From: an uncultured Candidatus Rokubacteria bacterium
GTDB lineage: Bacteria > Methylomirabilota > Methylomirabilia > Rokubacteriales > DASRDR01
Reading direction: 5' to 3'
DNA: 64,000 nucleotides
Assembly (NCBI GenBank): GCA_963826115.1
Contig: CAWGVS010000005.1
Coordinates: 800,001-864,000, forward strand
Position 1 is the stretch's first letter. Every line of letters begins with the position of its first letter. Shown piece by piece: positions 1-9,052 of this stretch. Under the pieces are notes generated by a model, which was not told where the DNA came from, made no database searches, and saw only the letters and a list, made by a program, of their open reading frames with translations. Made by a program: the position numbers and the translations under genes.

Positions 1-1
1 A

Positions 2-808
2 GCGGTCCTGGAAGGTCCGGCGGACCGCGTCCCCTTCCCCCTTCCGGAGGAGGCCGTTGTCGACGAAGACGCACTGGAGCTGGTCGCCGATCGCCCGGTG
101 CACCAGCGCGGCCGTCACCGCCGAGTCGACGCCGCCCGAGAGCGCGCAGAGGACCCGCTGGCGCCCGACCTGCGCGCGGACGGTGTCGACGGCGTGGTCG
201 ACGAAGGAGCTCATCGACCAGCCCGGCTTGAGCCCGGCCAGGTGGAACAGGAAGTTCTCGAGGACGCGCTGCCCCTGCGGGGTGTGGGCGACCTCGGGGT
301 GGAACTGCACCGCGTAGAGGCGCCGTTCCGGCGCCGCCATCGCCGCGACCGGGCTGTTGGTCGTCGTCGCGAGCGCCCGGAAGCCCGGCGGCGGCGCGAG
401 GACCGTGTCGCCGTGACTCATCCACACCGTGACGCACCCGGAGGGCGTGTCCGGACGGACCCCCTCGAACAGCAGGTCCTGGTTCTGCACGGCGACCTCG
501 GCGCGGCCGTACTCCCGGTGCGGGCTCGGCTCGACCTTCCCGCCGAGGAGCAGGGCCATGGCCTGCATCCCGTAGCAGATGCCGAGGACCGGGATCCCCG
601 CCTCGAGGAGGGCCGGCGGCGGCAACGGCGCCCCCTCGTCGTAGACGCTGCTGGGGCCCCCGGACAGGACGATGGCCTGGTGGCCGAGGAGCCGCTCCAG
701 GGGAACGGTGGGCGGGAAGATCTCGGAGTAGACGCCAGCTTCCCGGATACGACGAGCGATCAGCTGCGTGAACTGTGAGCCGTAGTCGACGACCGCGACC
801 TTGTCCAT
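2..808 (-). CDS. guaA: GMP synthase (glutamine-hydrolysing), N-terminal part; runs off the left edge
   Basis: Hand translation from ATG 808: MDKVAVVDYGSQFTQLIARRIREAGVYSEI...ILSGGPSS...LGICYGMQ...VWMSHGD...VQFHPEV...LSGGVDS; directly downstream of guaB3. Absent from the ORF track because it is truncated. Confidence 0.95.
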   Translation of the reverse strand, partial: MDKVAVVDYGSQFTQLIARRIREAGVYSEIFPPTVPLERLLGHQAIVLSGGPSSVYDEGAPLPPPALLEAGIPVLGICYGMQAMALLLGGKVEPSPHREYGRAEVAVQNQDLLFEGVRPDTPSGCVTVWMSHGDTVLAPPPGFRALATTTNSPVAAMAAPERRLYAVQFHPEVAHTPQGQRVLENFLFHLAGLKPGWSMSSFVDHAVDTVRAQVGRQRVLCALSGGVDSAVTAALVHRAIGDQLQCVFVDNGLLRKGEGDAVRRTFQDR

Positions 809-856
809 GCGTCGATCGTCTCCCGCGGCGCGGGCGGCGGGGGTCACGGCCCCGCG

Positions 857-2017
857 CTACTTGCCCATGCCGACGCGCTGTGCCTTCTGGAAGATCTTGC
901 CCTCCGTCTTGATGGCCGGCGCGATGATGAGCTCCGTCATCTGGAGCTCGCGGATCGTCTGGGCCCCGACCGAGCCCATGCAGGTCCGGAGGGCGCCCAT
1001 GAGGTTCATCGAGCCGTCGTCGGTGAACGCGGGTCCGAAGAGGATCTGCTCCAGCGGGCCGACGACACCAACGCGGATGCGCGTGCCCCGGGGCAGGTTC
1101 GAGTGCGGCGTCGCCATGCCCCAGTGGTACCCGCGGCCCGGCGCTTCCACCGCGCGCGCGAAGGCCGAGCCGATCATGACCGAGTCGGCGCCCGCCGCCA
1201 GCGCCTTGCAGATGTCGCCGCCGGTGGACATGCCCCCGTCGGTGATGATCGGCACGTAGCGGCCGCTCTGCTTGTAGTAGAAGTCGCGGGCGGCCGCCGA
1301 GTCCGCCGTGGCGGTGATCTGCGGCACACCGAGGCCCAGGACCTCGCGCGAGGTGCACGCGGCGCCCGGCCCCACCCCGATGAGCAGCGCGTCGACCCCG
1401 GTCTGCATCAGCTCGAGCGTCGCCTCGTAGGTGACGCAGTTCCCGACGATCAGCGGGATGGAGAGCTCGCGCTTCAGGTGCCGGAAGTCGAGGGGCTCGT
1501 ACTCGGTGGCGATGTGCCGGGCCGTCGACACCGTCGACTGGACGACGAAGAAGTCGGCGCCCGCCTCCTCGGCGATCTTCGCGAAGCGCATCGCCCGCTG
1601 CGGGATGGCTGACACGATGACGGTCGCGCCGCCCTTCTTGATCTCGGAGACGCGACGGTGGACCAGGTCCTCCTTGATCGGCTCGCCGTAGATCGACTGG
1701 ATGATCCGGGTCGCTTCCTCGGCCGACGAGGAGATGATCTGCTGGACCACCTCGTCGGGCGTCTCGTAGCGGGTCTGGATGCCCTCGAGGTTCAGGACGG
1801 CCAGGCCGCCGAGCCTGCCCATCTCGATCGCGAAGCGGGGGTCGGTGACGCCGTCCATCGCCGCGGCGATGATCGGAAGCTCGATGCGCCGGCCGCAGAG
1901 CTCCCAGGCCACGTCGACCTCGTTCGGGTTGACCGTGACGGTGCCCGGCACCAGGGCGATGTCGTCGAACCCGTACGCGACCCGCGCCTTGCGTCCGCGA
2001 CCGACCCACATGCCCAT
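857..2017 (-). CDS. guaB: IMP dehydrogenase, GuaB3-type (no CBS pair)
   Basis: AYGFDDIALVP, AAMDGV, GVGPGAACTS catalytic loop, DGG, GSAFARA..APGRGYHWGMAT. Confidence 0.9.
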   Translation of the reverse strand: MGMWVGRGRKARVAYGFDDIALVPGTVTVNPNEVDVAWELCGRRIELPIIAAAMDGVTDPRFAIEMGRLGGLAVLNLEGIQTRYETPDEVVQQIISSSAEEATRIIQSIYGEPIKEDLVHRRVSEIKKGGATVIVSAIPQRAMRFAKIAEEAGADFFVVQSTVSTARHIATEYEPLDFRHLKRELSIPLIVGNCVTYEATLELMQTGVDALLIGVGPGAACTSREVLGLGVPQITATADSAAARDFYYKQSGRYVPIITDGGMSTGGDICKALAAGADSVMIGSAFARAVEAPGRGYHWGMATPHSNLPRGTRIRVGVVGPLEQILFGPAFTDDGSMNLMGALRTCMGSVGAQTIRELQMTELIIAPAIKTEGKIFQKAQRVGMGK

Positions 2018-2073
2018 GCGCTACCCCTCCCTCGTCCGTCGCGCCCTACCGGTTGTGACCGTGTCCGCTACTG

Positions 2074-2089
2074 CCACTAGATATTGGGA
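2074..2089. promoter_or_regulatory. NrdR-box-like operator at the guaB3-guaA transcription start
   Basis: CCACTAGATATTGGGA versus consensus acaCwAtATaTwGtgt; weaker copy at 2043-2058, 31 bp away. Confidence 0.6.
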
Positions 2090-2090
2090 C

Positions 2091-2120
2091 AGTATAAAAG
2101 CCGCGTCCGGCGGGTGTCAA
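2091..2120 (-). promoter_or_regulatory. sigma70-type promoter of guaB3-guaA
   Basis: TTGACA-18 nt-TATACT on the minus strand. Confidence 0.8.
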
Positions 2121-2908
2121 GTCGTCGGCCCGTCCGCGCGCGCTCGCCGCGCCCGCGCGCACGCGATGCGGAGCCCCTCGAGCGTCAGGTGCGGATTGAC
2201 GACGTCGATCGTGCTCGCGAGGCCGTCCATCAGGCCCACCAGGCCGCCCGTCGCGACCACCTTCGGCGTTCCGCCCATCTCCCCGCGCATCCGCGTGACC
2301 AGGCCGTCGACCAGGCCCGCGTACCCGTACACGATCCCCGACTGGATGTTGGTCACGGTGTTGCGCCCGATGGCGGCGGGCGGCCGGACGAGGTCGACGC
2401 GAAAGAGCCGCGCGGCCCGGGCGGTCAGCGCCTCGGCGGCCGTGGCGATTCCCGGCGCGATCGCGCCGCCGATGAACTCACCCTCCGGCGACACGCACTC
2501 GAACGTCGTCGCGGTCCCGAAGTCGATGATGATGAGCGGCGGCCCGTAGAGCTCGATGGCCCCCACCACCTTGACGACCCGGTCGGGCCCCACCTCGCGC
2601 GGGTAGTCCACGCGCATGGCGAGCGCCACGTTGACGGCGGACTCCACGACGAAGGGCGAGATCCCGAAGTAGCGACTGGCCATCTCCTCGATGGTCCGCT
2701 GAACGGCGGGCACGGTCGACGAGATGGCCAGGTCGGTCACCTGGGACGGCTCGAGCCCGTGGCTCCGGAGCATCGTCTGGGTGAAGACGCCGTACTCGTC
2801 CGCGGTCTGCTCCCGCCGGGTTGTGAGCCGCCACGACGCGACGAGGTGCTCGCCGTCGTACACGCCCAGCTTGACGTTGGTGTTGCCGACGTCGACCACG
2901 AGCAGCAT
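2117..2908 (-). CDS. coaX: Type III pantothenate kinase
   Basis: MLLVVDVGNTN, VGPDR, IIDFGTATT, GGAIAPG, VATGG, LTLEGL; ATG overlaps the birA stop. Confidence 0.95.
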   Translation of the reverse strand: MLLVVDVGNTNVKLGVYDGEHLVASWRLTTRREQTADEYGVFTQTMLRSHGLEPSQVTDLAISSTVPAVQRTIEEMASRYFGISPFVVESAVNVALAMRVDYPREVGPDRVVKVVGAIELYGPPLIIIDFGTATTFECVSPEGEFIGGAIAPGIATAAEALTARAARLFRVDLVRPPAAIGRNTVTNIQSGIVYGYAGLVDGLVTRMRGEMGGTPKVVATGGLVGLMDGLASTIDVVNPHLTLEGLRIACARARRARADGPTT

Positions 2909-3723
2909 CAGGACGCTCCCGCGCGCGCCGGCTCTGGCCGCTCCCCCGGCGGCGCGACGAGGCTCGTGCGCCGCCCGTCGTCGCGCCGGACCAGGAGCTC
3001 CCCGGCCGGGCCGAGGTCCTCGGCCGTGCCCTCGCCGTCGGCCAGGCGGATGCGGCCGCCGAGCACGCCGCGCCGGCGCCACGCGGCCCGCACGGGCTCG
3101 AAGCCCGCGTCCGCAAGGACGCCGTACCAGCGGTCCAGGCCCTCGAGCAGCGCGCCGAGGAGCGTCGCGCGCTTCACGGACACGCCCAGCTCGAGGAGGG
3201 ACCGAGCGCGGCCCGCGAGGTCGGCCGGCCAGTCCGCCTCGCGTTGCGACACGTTCACGCCGACGCCGAGGACCACCAGGGGCGGCGCGCCGGCCACACC
3301 CTCCGCGAGAATGCCCGCGACCTTGGTCTCGCCGACGAGGACGTCGTTGGGCCACTTGAGCGTCACCGCTCCGCCGCCGAGGGCTTCCAGCGTCTCGGCG
3401 ACCGCGCAGCCGGCCGCCAGCGGGATCTCCGGCCAACGCGCCACCGGGAAGCGCGGTCGCAGGACCGCCGAGAAGAGGAGCGCGGTGCCGGGAGGCGCCG
3501 TCCATCGCCGCCCGTGCTGGCCGCGGCCGGCGCTCTGGTGGTCGGCGACGACCACGGCGCCCTCGGGGGCACCCGCGTCGGCCCACGCGCGGGCCAGCGT
3601 CTGGGTCGAGCCGACGGAGCGGAAGGCCAGGAGCGGCCCGCCGACGCGCCCGCCCGGCAGGCAGGAGGTGAGCGCGCGCGTCAGGGCGTGGTCGGGCGCC
3701 GTCTCAGCGACCGGCCAGGCCAT
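2908..3723 (-). CDS. birA: Biotin--[acetyl-CoA-carboxylase] ligase without N-terminal HTH
   Basis: VGSTQ, ADHQSAGRGQHGRRW, LKWPNDV, KVAGILAE, GVGVNV; start position uncertain. Confidence 0.9.
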   Translation of the reverse strand: MAWPVAETAPDHALTRALTSCLPGGRVGGPLLAFRSVGSTQTLARAWADAGAPEGAVVVADHQSAGRGQHGRRWTAPPGTALLFSAVLRPRFPVARWPEIPLAAGCAVAETLEALGGGAVTLKWPNDVLVGETKVAGILAEGVAGAPPLVVLGVGVNVSQREADWPADLAGRARSLLELGVSVKRATLLGALLEGLDRWYGVLADAGFEPVRAAWRRRGVLGGRIRLADGEGTAEDLGPAGELLVRRDDGRRTSLVAPPGERPEPARAGAS

Positions 3724-6379
3724 CCAGCCGTTCCAGGCCTTCCTGGAGCTTCGCCCGGAGCGCACGCTGCTCGATGGCGCGCGCCTCCTCGCGGGCGACC
3801 ACCTCGGCCGGCGCCCGCTGGCGAAAGTCCTCGCGCGCGAGCTTGGCCTCGCTGCGGCCGAGCTCCTCGTCGACCTTCCGGAGCTCCCGGGAGAGCCGGC
3901 TCCGCTCGGCCTCGACGTCCACCAACCCCTCCATCGGGACGTACACCTCGCAGCCCTCGGCGAGCGCGAGGAGGGAGTGCGGGGGGCGTATCGCGTCCGG
4001 GTCGACGAGCACCTCGGCGCGGGCCAGCGCGCCGACCGGGGCGGCGGCCTCGCGCAAGCTCGCGGCCACGGATCCGGCGGGCGGCCGGACGATGGCCGTC
4101 AGCGTGCGCGAGGGCGGGATCTGGAACTCGCTCCGGAGGTTCCGCACCGCGCTGATGACCGCCATGATCGGCGCCATCGCCGCTTCGGCCTCCGGGTCGA
4201 GGTCCCGCCGGCGCACGCGGGGGAAGCGGGCGATCATGATGCTCGCCGCGGCTCCCCTGCCCTTCGGGAGCTTCTGCCAGATCTCCTCGGTGATGAAGGG
4301 CATGAAGGGATGGAGCAGCCTGAGCGTCGTCTCCAGCACCTCCACGAGCGTCGCCTGCGTGCGCGCCCGCGCGGCCGGGTCGTCGCTCCGGTAGAGGGTC
4401 AGCTTCGACCACTCGAGGTACCAGTCGCAGAACTCGTGCCACAGGAACTGGTAGATCGCGCCCGCCGCGTCGTTGAAGCGGTAGGCCGCCAGCGACTTGC
4501 GGACCACGCCGATCGTCCGCGCCAGGCGGCTCCGGATCCAGCGCTCGGCGAGCGCCGGTGGAGCCTTGCGGGCGAGCGCGGGCCGGTATCCGTCCAGGTT
4601 CGAGAGGACGAAGCGGGCCGCGTTCCACAGCTTGTTGGCAAAGTTGCGGTAACCCTCGATGCGCTCGTCGGAGAGCCGGATGTCCCGGCCCTGGGCGGCC
4701 AGCGCCGCCAGCGTGAAGCGGAGCGCATCGGTTCCGTAGCGCTCCATCAGCTCGAGCGGGTCGACGACGTTTCCCTTCGACTTCGACATCTTCTGCCCCT
4801 CGGCGTCGCGCACGAGGGCGTGGATGTACACGTCCCGGAAGGGCACCTCCCCCATGAACTGGAGGCCCATCATCATCATCCGGGCGACCCAGAAGAAGAG
4901 GATGTCGAAGCCGGTGACCAGGCATGAGGTCGGATAGAAGACCTTGAGCTCCGGCGTCTCGCGTGGCCACCCGAGCGTCGAGAAGGGCCAGAGCGCCGAC
5001 GAGAACCAGGTGTCGAGGACGTCCTCGTCGCGGCGGAGCGGACCCCGGCAGGCCGGGCACTCGGTGAGGTCCTCCCGCGACACGTGGATCGACCCCTCGG
5101 CGTCGCAGTACCAGACCGGGAGCCGGTGGCCCCACCAGAGCTGGCGCGAGATGCACCAGTCGCGGATGTTGTTCATCCACCAGTAGTACGTCTTCAGCCA
5201 CATCCGCGGCACGATGCGCGTGCGTCCGTCGCGGACTGCCTTGGCGGCGCGCTCGGCGAGCGGCTTCGTCCGGACGTACCACTGCTTCGAGACCAGGGGC
5301 TCCACCACGGTCTTGCAGCGGTAGCACGTCCCGACGCGGTGCTGATAGGGCTCGATCTTGTCGATCAGGCCCAGGGCCTGCATGTCCTCGACGATGCGCT
5401 TCCGCGTCTCGAAGCGGTCGAGGCCGGCGTACTTGCCGGCACGCTCGTTCATCTTGCCGTCGAAGCCGATGACCTGGCGCACCTCGAGCCCGTGGCGCTG
5501 CCCGATCTCGAAGTCGGTCGGGTCGTGGGCGGGCGTGACCTTGATGACGCCGGTCCCGAACTTCGGGTCGACCGCGGCGTCGGCCACGACCTTCATCCGG
5601 ATCGTCCCCTCGACCGACGGGACCTCGAGCTCCTTCCCCACGTACTGGGCGTAGCGCCGGTCCTTCGGGTTGACGGCGAGTGCCGTGTCGCCGAGCTTCG
5701 TCTCGGGACGCACCGTCGCCAGGGAGAGCGGACCGTACTTGATGTAGTAGAGTTCCGAGGCCTGCTCCTCGTACTCCACCTCGAGGTCGGAGAGCACCGT
5801 CTGGCAGCGCGGGCACCAGTTGACGATGTACTCGCCCTGGTAGATGAGGCCCTCTTCCCAGAGCCGGACGAAGACCTCGCGCACCGCGGCCGACAGCCCC
5901 GGGTCCATCGTGAAGCGTTCGCGCTCCCAGTCGCAGGAGGCGCCGAGCCGCTTCAGCTGCCGGATGATCGTGCCGCCGGATTCCTCCTTCCACTTCCACA
6001 CCCGCTGGACGAACGCGTCACGCCCCAGCGCCTGGCGGCTCGTGCCCTCGGCGGCGAGCTGGCGCTCGACCACCACCTGGGTGGCGATCCCCGCGTGATC
6101 CATCCCCGGCTGCCAGAGGGTCTTGAAGCCGTCCATGCGCTTCCACCGAACCAGGATGTCCTGGAGCGTGTTGTTGAGCGCGTGGCCCATGTGGAGCGAG
6201 CCGGTGACGTTCGGCGGCGGGATGACGATGCAGTACGGCTTCGCCTTGGAGAAGGTGTCCGCGCGGAAATACCCGCGCTCCTCCCACACGCCGTACCAGG
6301 TGTCCTCGGCCTGGCGGGGGTCGTAGCGGTCCGCGAGGGGCGCCGGCGGGCGCGCGGCGGGCTTCGGGTCGTCCGGCAC
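3704..6379 (-). CDS. valS: Valine--tRNA ligase
   Basis: PPPNVTGSLHMGH, DWCISRQLWWGH, DVLDTWFSS, KMSKS, C-terminal coiled coil; GTG 6379 preferred (alternative ATG 6388). Confidence 0.98.
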   Translation of the reverse strand: MPDDPKPAARPPAPLADRYDPRQAEDTWYGVWEERGYFRADTFSKAKPYCIVIPPPNVTGSLHMGHALNNTLQDILVRWKRMDGFKTLWQPGMDHAGIATQVVVERQLAAEGTSRQALGRDAFVQRVWKWKEESGGTIIRQLKRLGASCDWERERFTMDPGLSAAVREVFVRLWEEGLIYQGEYIVNWCPRCQTVLSDLEVEYEEQASELYYIKYGPLSLATVRPETKLGDTALAVNPKDRRYAQYVGKELEVPSVEGTIRMKVVADAAVDPKFGTGVIKVTPAHDPTDFEIGQRHGLEVRQVIGFDGKMNERAGKYAGLDRFETRKRIVEDMQALGLIDKIEPYQHRVGTCYRCKTVVEPLVSKQWYVRTKPLAERAAKAVRDGRTRIVPRMWLKTYYWWMNNIRDWCISRQLWWGHRLPVWYCDAEGSIHVSREDLTECPACRGPLRRDEDVLDTWFSSALWPFSTLGWPRETPELKVFYPTSCLVTGFDILFFWVARMMMMGLQFMGEVPFRDVYIHALVRDAEGQKMSKSKGNVVDPLELMERYGTDALRFTLAALAAQGRDIRLSDERIEGYRNFANKLWNAARFVLSNLDGYRPALARKAPPALAERWIRSRLARTIGVVRKSLAAYRFNDAAGAIYQFLWHEFCDWYLEWSKLTLYRSDDPAARARTQATLVEVLETTLRLLHPFMPFITEEIWQKLPKGRGAAASIMIARFPRVRRRDLDPEAEAAMAPIMAVISAVRNLRSEFQIPPSRTLTAIVRPPAGSVAASLREAAAPVGALARAEVLVDPDAIRPPHSLLALAEGCEVYVPMEGLVDVEAERSRLSRELRKVDEELGRSEAKLAREDFRQRAPAEVVAREEARAIEQRALRAKLQEGLERLDGLAGR

Positions 6380-6408
6380 GGCGGTCATTCTAGCATCGGG
6401 CCCCGTCG

Positions 6409-6437
6409 TTTACACGTCGCGGGGCGTCCCGTAGAAT
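6409..6437 (+). promoter_or_regulatory. sigma70-type promoter of lptFG, divergent from valS
   Basis: TTTACA-17 nt-TAGAAT. Confidence 0.65.
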
Positions 6438-6456
6438 TGTCAGCGAAGGCCCGGCC

Positions 6457-9012
6457 GTGAGGATCATCGACCGCTATATCTGGAAGGAGCTCATCACCCC
6501 GTTCTGCCTCGGGCTGCTCATTTTCACCTTCCTGCTCCTGATCGACCGCATCTTCGACCTCACGGACCTGATCATCAACAAGGGCGTGCCGGTCCACCTC
6601 GTCCTGATGATGCTCGTCTACATCTCCCCCGCCATCCTGGTCCTCACGATCCCCATCGGGTTCCTGCTGGCGATCCTGGTCGCCTTCGGGCGCCTGTCCG
6701 CGGACATGGAGGTGGTCGCGCTGAAGGCCTGCGGCGTGAGCCCCCTCCGCCTCCTGTGGCCGGTGGTGGCGTTCGGGCTCGGCGTGACCGCGCTCACCGG
6801 GTACCTGATGATCGACTCCGTGCCCAAGAGCAACTACGCCTTCAAGTCCCTGGTGTTCGAGATCGTCCGGACCTCGGCGACCGTGGGGCTGAAGGAGCGC
6901 GTGTTCAACGACACGTTCGGGAACTTCGTCATCTACGTGGACGAGATCGGGGCCGACCAGGTGGCGCTCCGGAACGTGTTCGTGTCCGACGAGCGCAAGC
7001 CCGACGAGCAGCGCTTCATCACCGCGCGCGAGGGGCGGCTGCTCTCGGACGAGGTGAACCGTCGGGTCACCCTGCGCCTCCTGGACGGCGCCATCCACGA
7101 GACGAGCCCCAACGCGCTCCAGAAGTACCGCGAGGTGAGCTTCCGGCTGTACGACATCTCCCTCGTGCTCGAGAACCCGCTCGTGAAACAGGGCGGCGCG
7201 CCCAAGGGCGACCGCGAGATGAGCCTGGTCGAGCTCCGGGTGGCGGCGCAGAACGCGACCAACCTCAAGGGAAACCCCAACCCCTTCCTGGTCGAGATCC
7301 ACAAGAAGTTCGCCATTCCCGCCGCCTGTATCGTCTTCAGCCTCCTCGGCGTGCCGCTCGGCATCCGGGCCCACCGGGGCGGGCGGATGGGCTCCTTCGT
7401 GGCGCTCCTGCCCATCGTGCTCTTCTACTACTTCGGCCTGACGCTCGGCGAGAACATCGGCGACTACGGGCGGATTCCCCCGTGGCTGGCGATGTGGGCG
7501 CCCAACATCATCGTGGGTGCCATCGCGCTGTACCTCCTGCGCGCGACGCTGAAGGAGCGGCCGATCCCGGTGGTCGCGCTGACCCAGCGCGGGTTCTGGG
7601 CCACCGTCGCCGCCTTCCAGAGCACTCGCCGGGCCGTTGACGAGGGGCTGAAGCGCGCCCGGACCGCCGGGGCCGGCCGCTCCGCGTCGGGCCGCCGCCG
7701 GCCGGCCTTCGCGCGCGGCGTCGCCGCCGACGCGGCGGAGCTGCACCGCAGCGAGTCGTGGGTGCCGCTGATCTACGGATTCATCGTCTACACGCCCGTG
7801 GTGATCATCCTGGGGTTCGTGCTGCAGGACCGGCTCGGCATGTCGGCACCGATGCTGACCGTCGCGCTGGCTCTCGCGTTCCTCCTGTACTGGACGATCG
7901 CCTGGCTGTGCGTCGGGGTCGTGAATCGCTACCTCAGCCGCCAGTTCCTCACGCTGTTCGCCTACGGCATCGCGCTCGCGAGCGTCGTGGTGATCGTCGG
8001 TGACCTGATGACCACGCTGGAGCGCTACATCCGGCTGAAGCCCGGCATCAAGCTGATCCTCCTGCACTTCGTCTTCCGGACGCCGCCGTTCGTGTACCAG
8101 GGTCTGCACCTCGTGATGCTGATGTCGACCATCCTCCTGTTCGTCGGCCTCTCCCGGAGCAACGAGCTCACGGCGCTCAAGGCCGGCGGGGTGAGCCTCT
8201 TCCGGGCCAGCCTCCCGGTCCTGGGGCTGGCGATGGTGATCTCGATCACGTCGCTCGGGTTCCAGGAGTACGTGATGCCGTGGATGAACCGGCGGGCGGT
8301 CGAGATCGACGAGGCCAAGATCAAGCGACGCACCATGCCGGAGCTCCGGAAGCGCACCGAGATCTGGTACCGCGGGCGCGAGGACGGCGTGGCCGAGAGC
8401 CGGATCTACCACATCGGACTCCTCGACCCGAGCAACCAGCAGATGAACAACGTCACCGTGCTGTCGCTCGGGTCCGACTTCACCATGCGGCGGCGCTGGG
8501 ACGCGAAGGACATGCGGTGGGTGGTCGCCGACGACGCCTGGCGGCTCGGCACGGGCGTCCGGCGGGAGTTCCGCCGTGGGCAGCCCGACCGGGCCGAGAC
8601 GTTCAAGGAGCAGACCATCAAGCTGCCCGAGCGGTACCAGGACTTCGCCCAGGTCCCGCGGGCGCCCGACGTGATGAGCTACAAGGAGCTCCGGGAGTAC
8701 ATCGACCGGCTCCAGGACGCCGGGCACAAGGTCGCCAAGTACATCGTCGACCTCCAGTCCAAGATCTCGTTCCCGCTCGCCCACCCGATCATGGTGCTCG
8801 TGGGCATCCCCTTCGCGCTCCAGTCCCCCCGGGGCGGGCGGGTCATCGGGATCGCGCTGTGTCTCGCGCTCGGGCTGACGTACTTCATCGTCCACTCGGC
8901 GGCCGTGGCGCTGGCCCGCACGGAGATCCTGCCGCCGCTCGTCGCGGCCTGGGCCGCGAACGCCCTGTTCGCGTCGCTCGGGCTGTTCCTGTACCTGCGC
9001 GCGCGCACCTGA
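6457..9012 (+). CDS. lptFG: Fused LPS export ABC permease LptF-LptG
   Basis: Two YjgP/YjgQ-like halves: MRIIDRYIWKE...GRLSADMEVVALKACGVS and NRYLSRQF...LSRSNELTALKAGGVS, each ending in a P..A.W.(P/A)N helix. Confidence 0.9.
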   Translation: MRIIDRYIWKELITPFCLGLLIFTFLLLIDRIFDLTDLIINKGVPVHLVLMMLVYISPAILVLTIPIGFLLAILVAFGRLSADMEVVALKACGVSPLRLLWPVVAFGLGVTALTGYLMIDSVPKSNYAFKSLVFEIVRTSATVGLKERVFNDTFGNFVIYVDEIGADQVALRNVFVSDERKPDEQRFITAREGRLLSDEVNRRVTLRLLDGAIHETSPNALQKYREVSFRLYDISLVLENPLVKQGGAPKGDREMSLVELRVAAQNATNLKGNPNPFLVEIHKKFAIPAACIVFSLLGVPLGIRAHRGGRMGSFVALLPIVLFYYFGLTLGENIGDYGRIPPWLAMWAPNIIVGAIALYLLRATLKERPIPVVALTQRGFWATVAAFQSTRRAVDEGLKRARTAGAGRSASGRRRPAFARGVAADAAELHRSESWVPLIYGFIVYTPVVIILGFVLQDRLGMSAPMLTVALALAFLLYWTIAWLCVGVVNRYLSRQFLTLFAYGIALASVVVIVGDLMTTLERYIRLKPGIKLILLHFVFRTPPFVYQGLHLVMLMSTILLFVGLSRSNELTALKAGGVSLFRASLPVLGLAMVISITSLGFQEYVMPWMNRRAVEIDEAKIKRRTMPELRKRTEIWYRGREDGVAESRIYHIGLLDPSNQQMNNVTVLSLGSDFTMRRRWDAKDMRWVVADDAWRLGTGVRREFRRGQPDRAETFKEQTIKLPERYQDFAQVPRAPDVMSYKELREYIDRLQDAGHKVAKYIVDLQSKISFPLAHPIMVLVGIPFALQSPRGGRVIGIALCLALGLTYFIVHSAAVALARTEILPPLVAAWAANALFASLGLFLYLRART

Positions 9013-9052
9013 GCGGCGCCGTCCGGCGCCCGGAGGCGTGGCGCGGGGGTCC

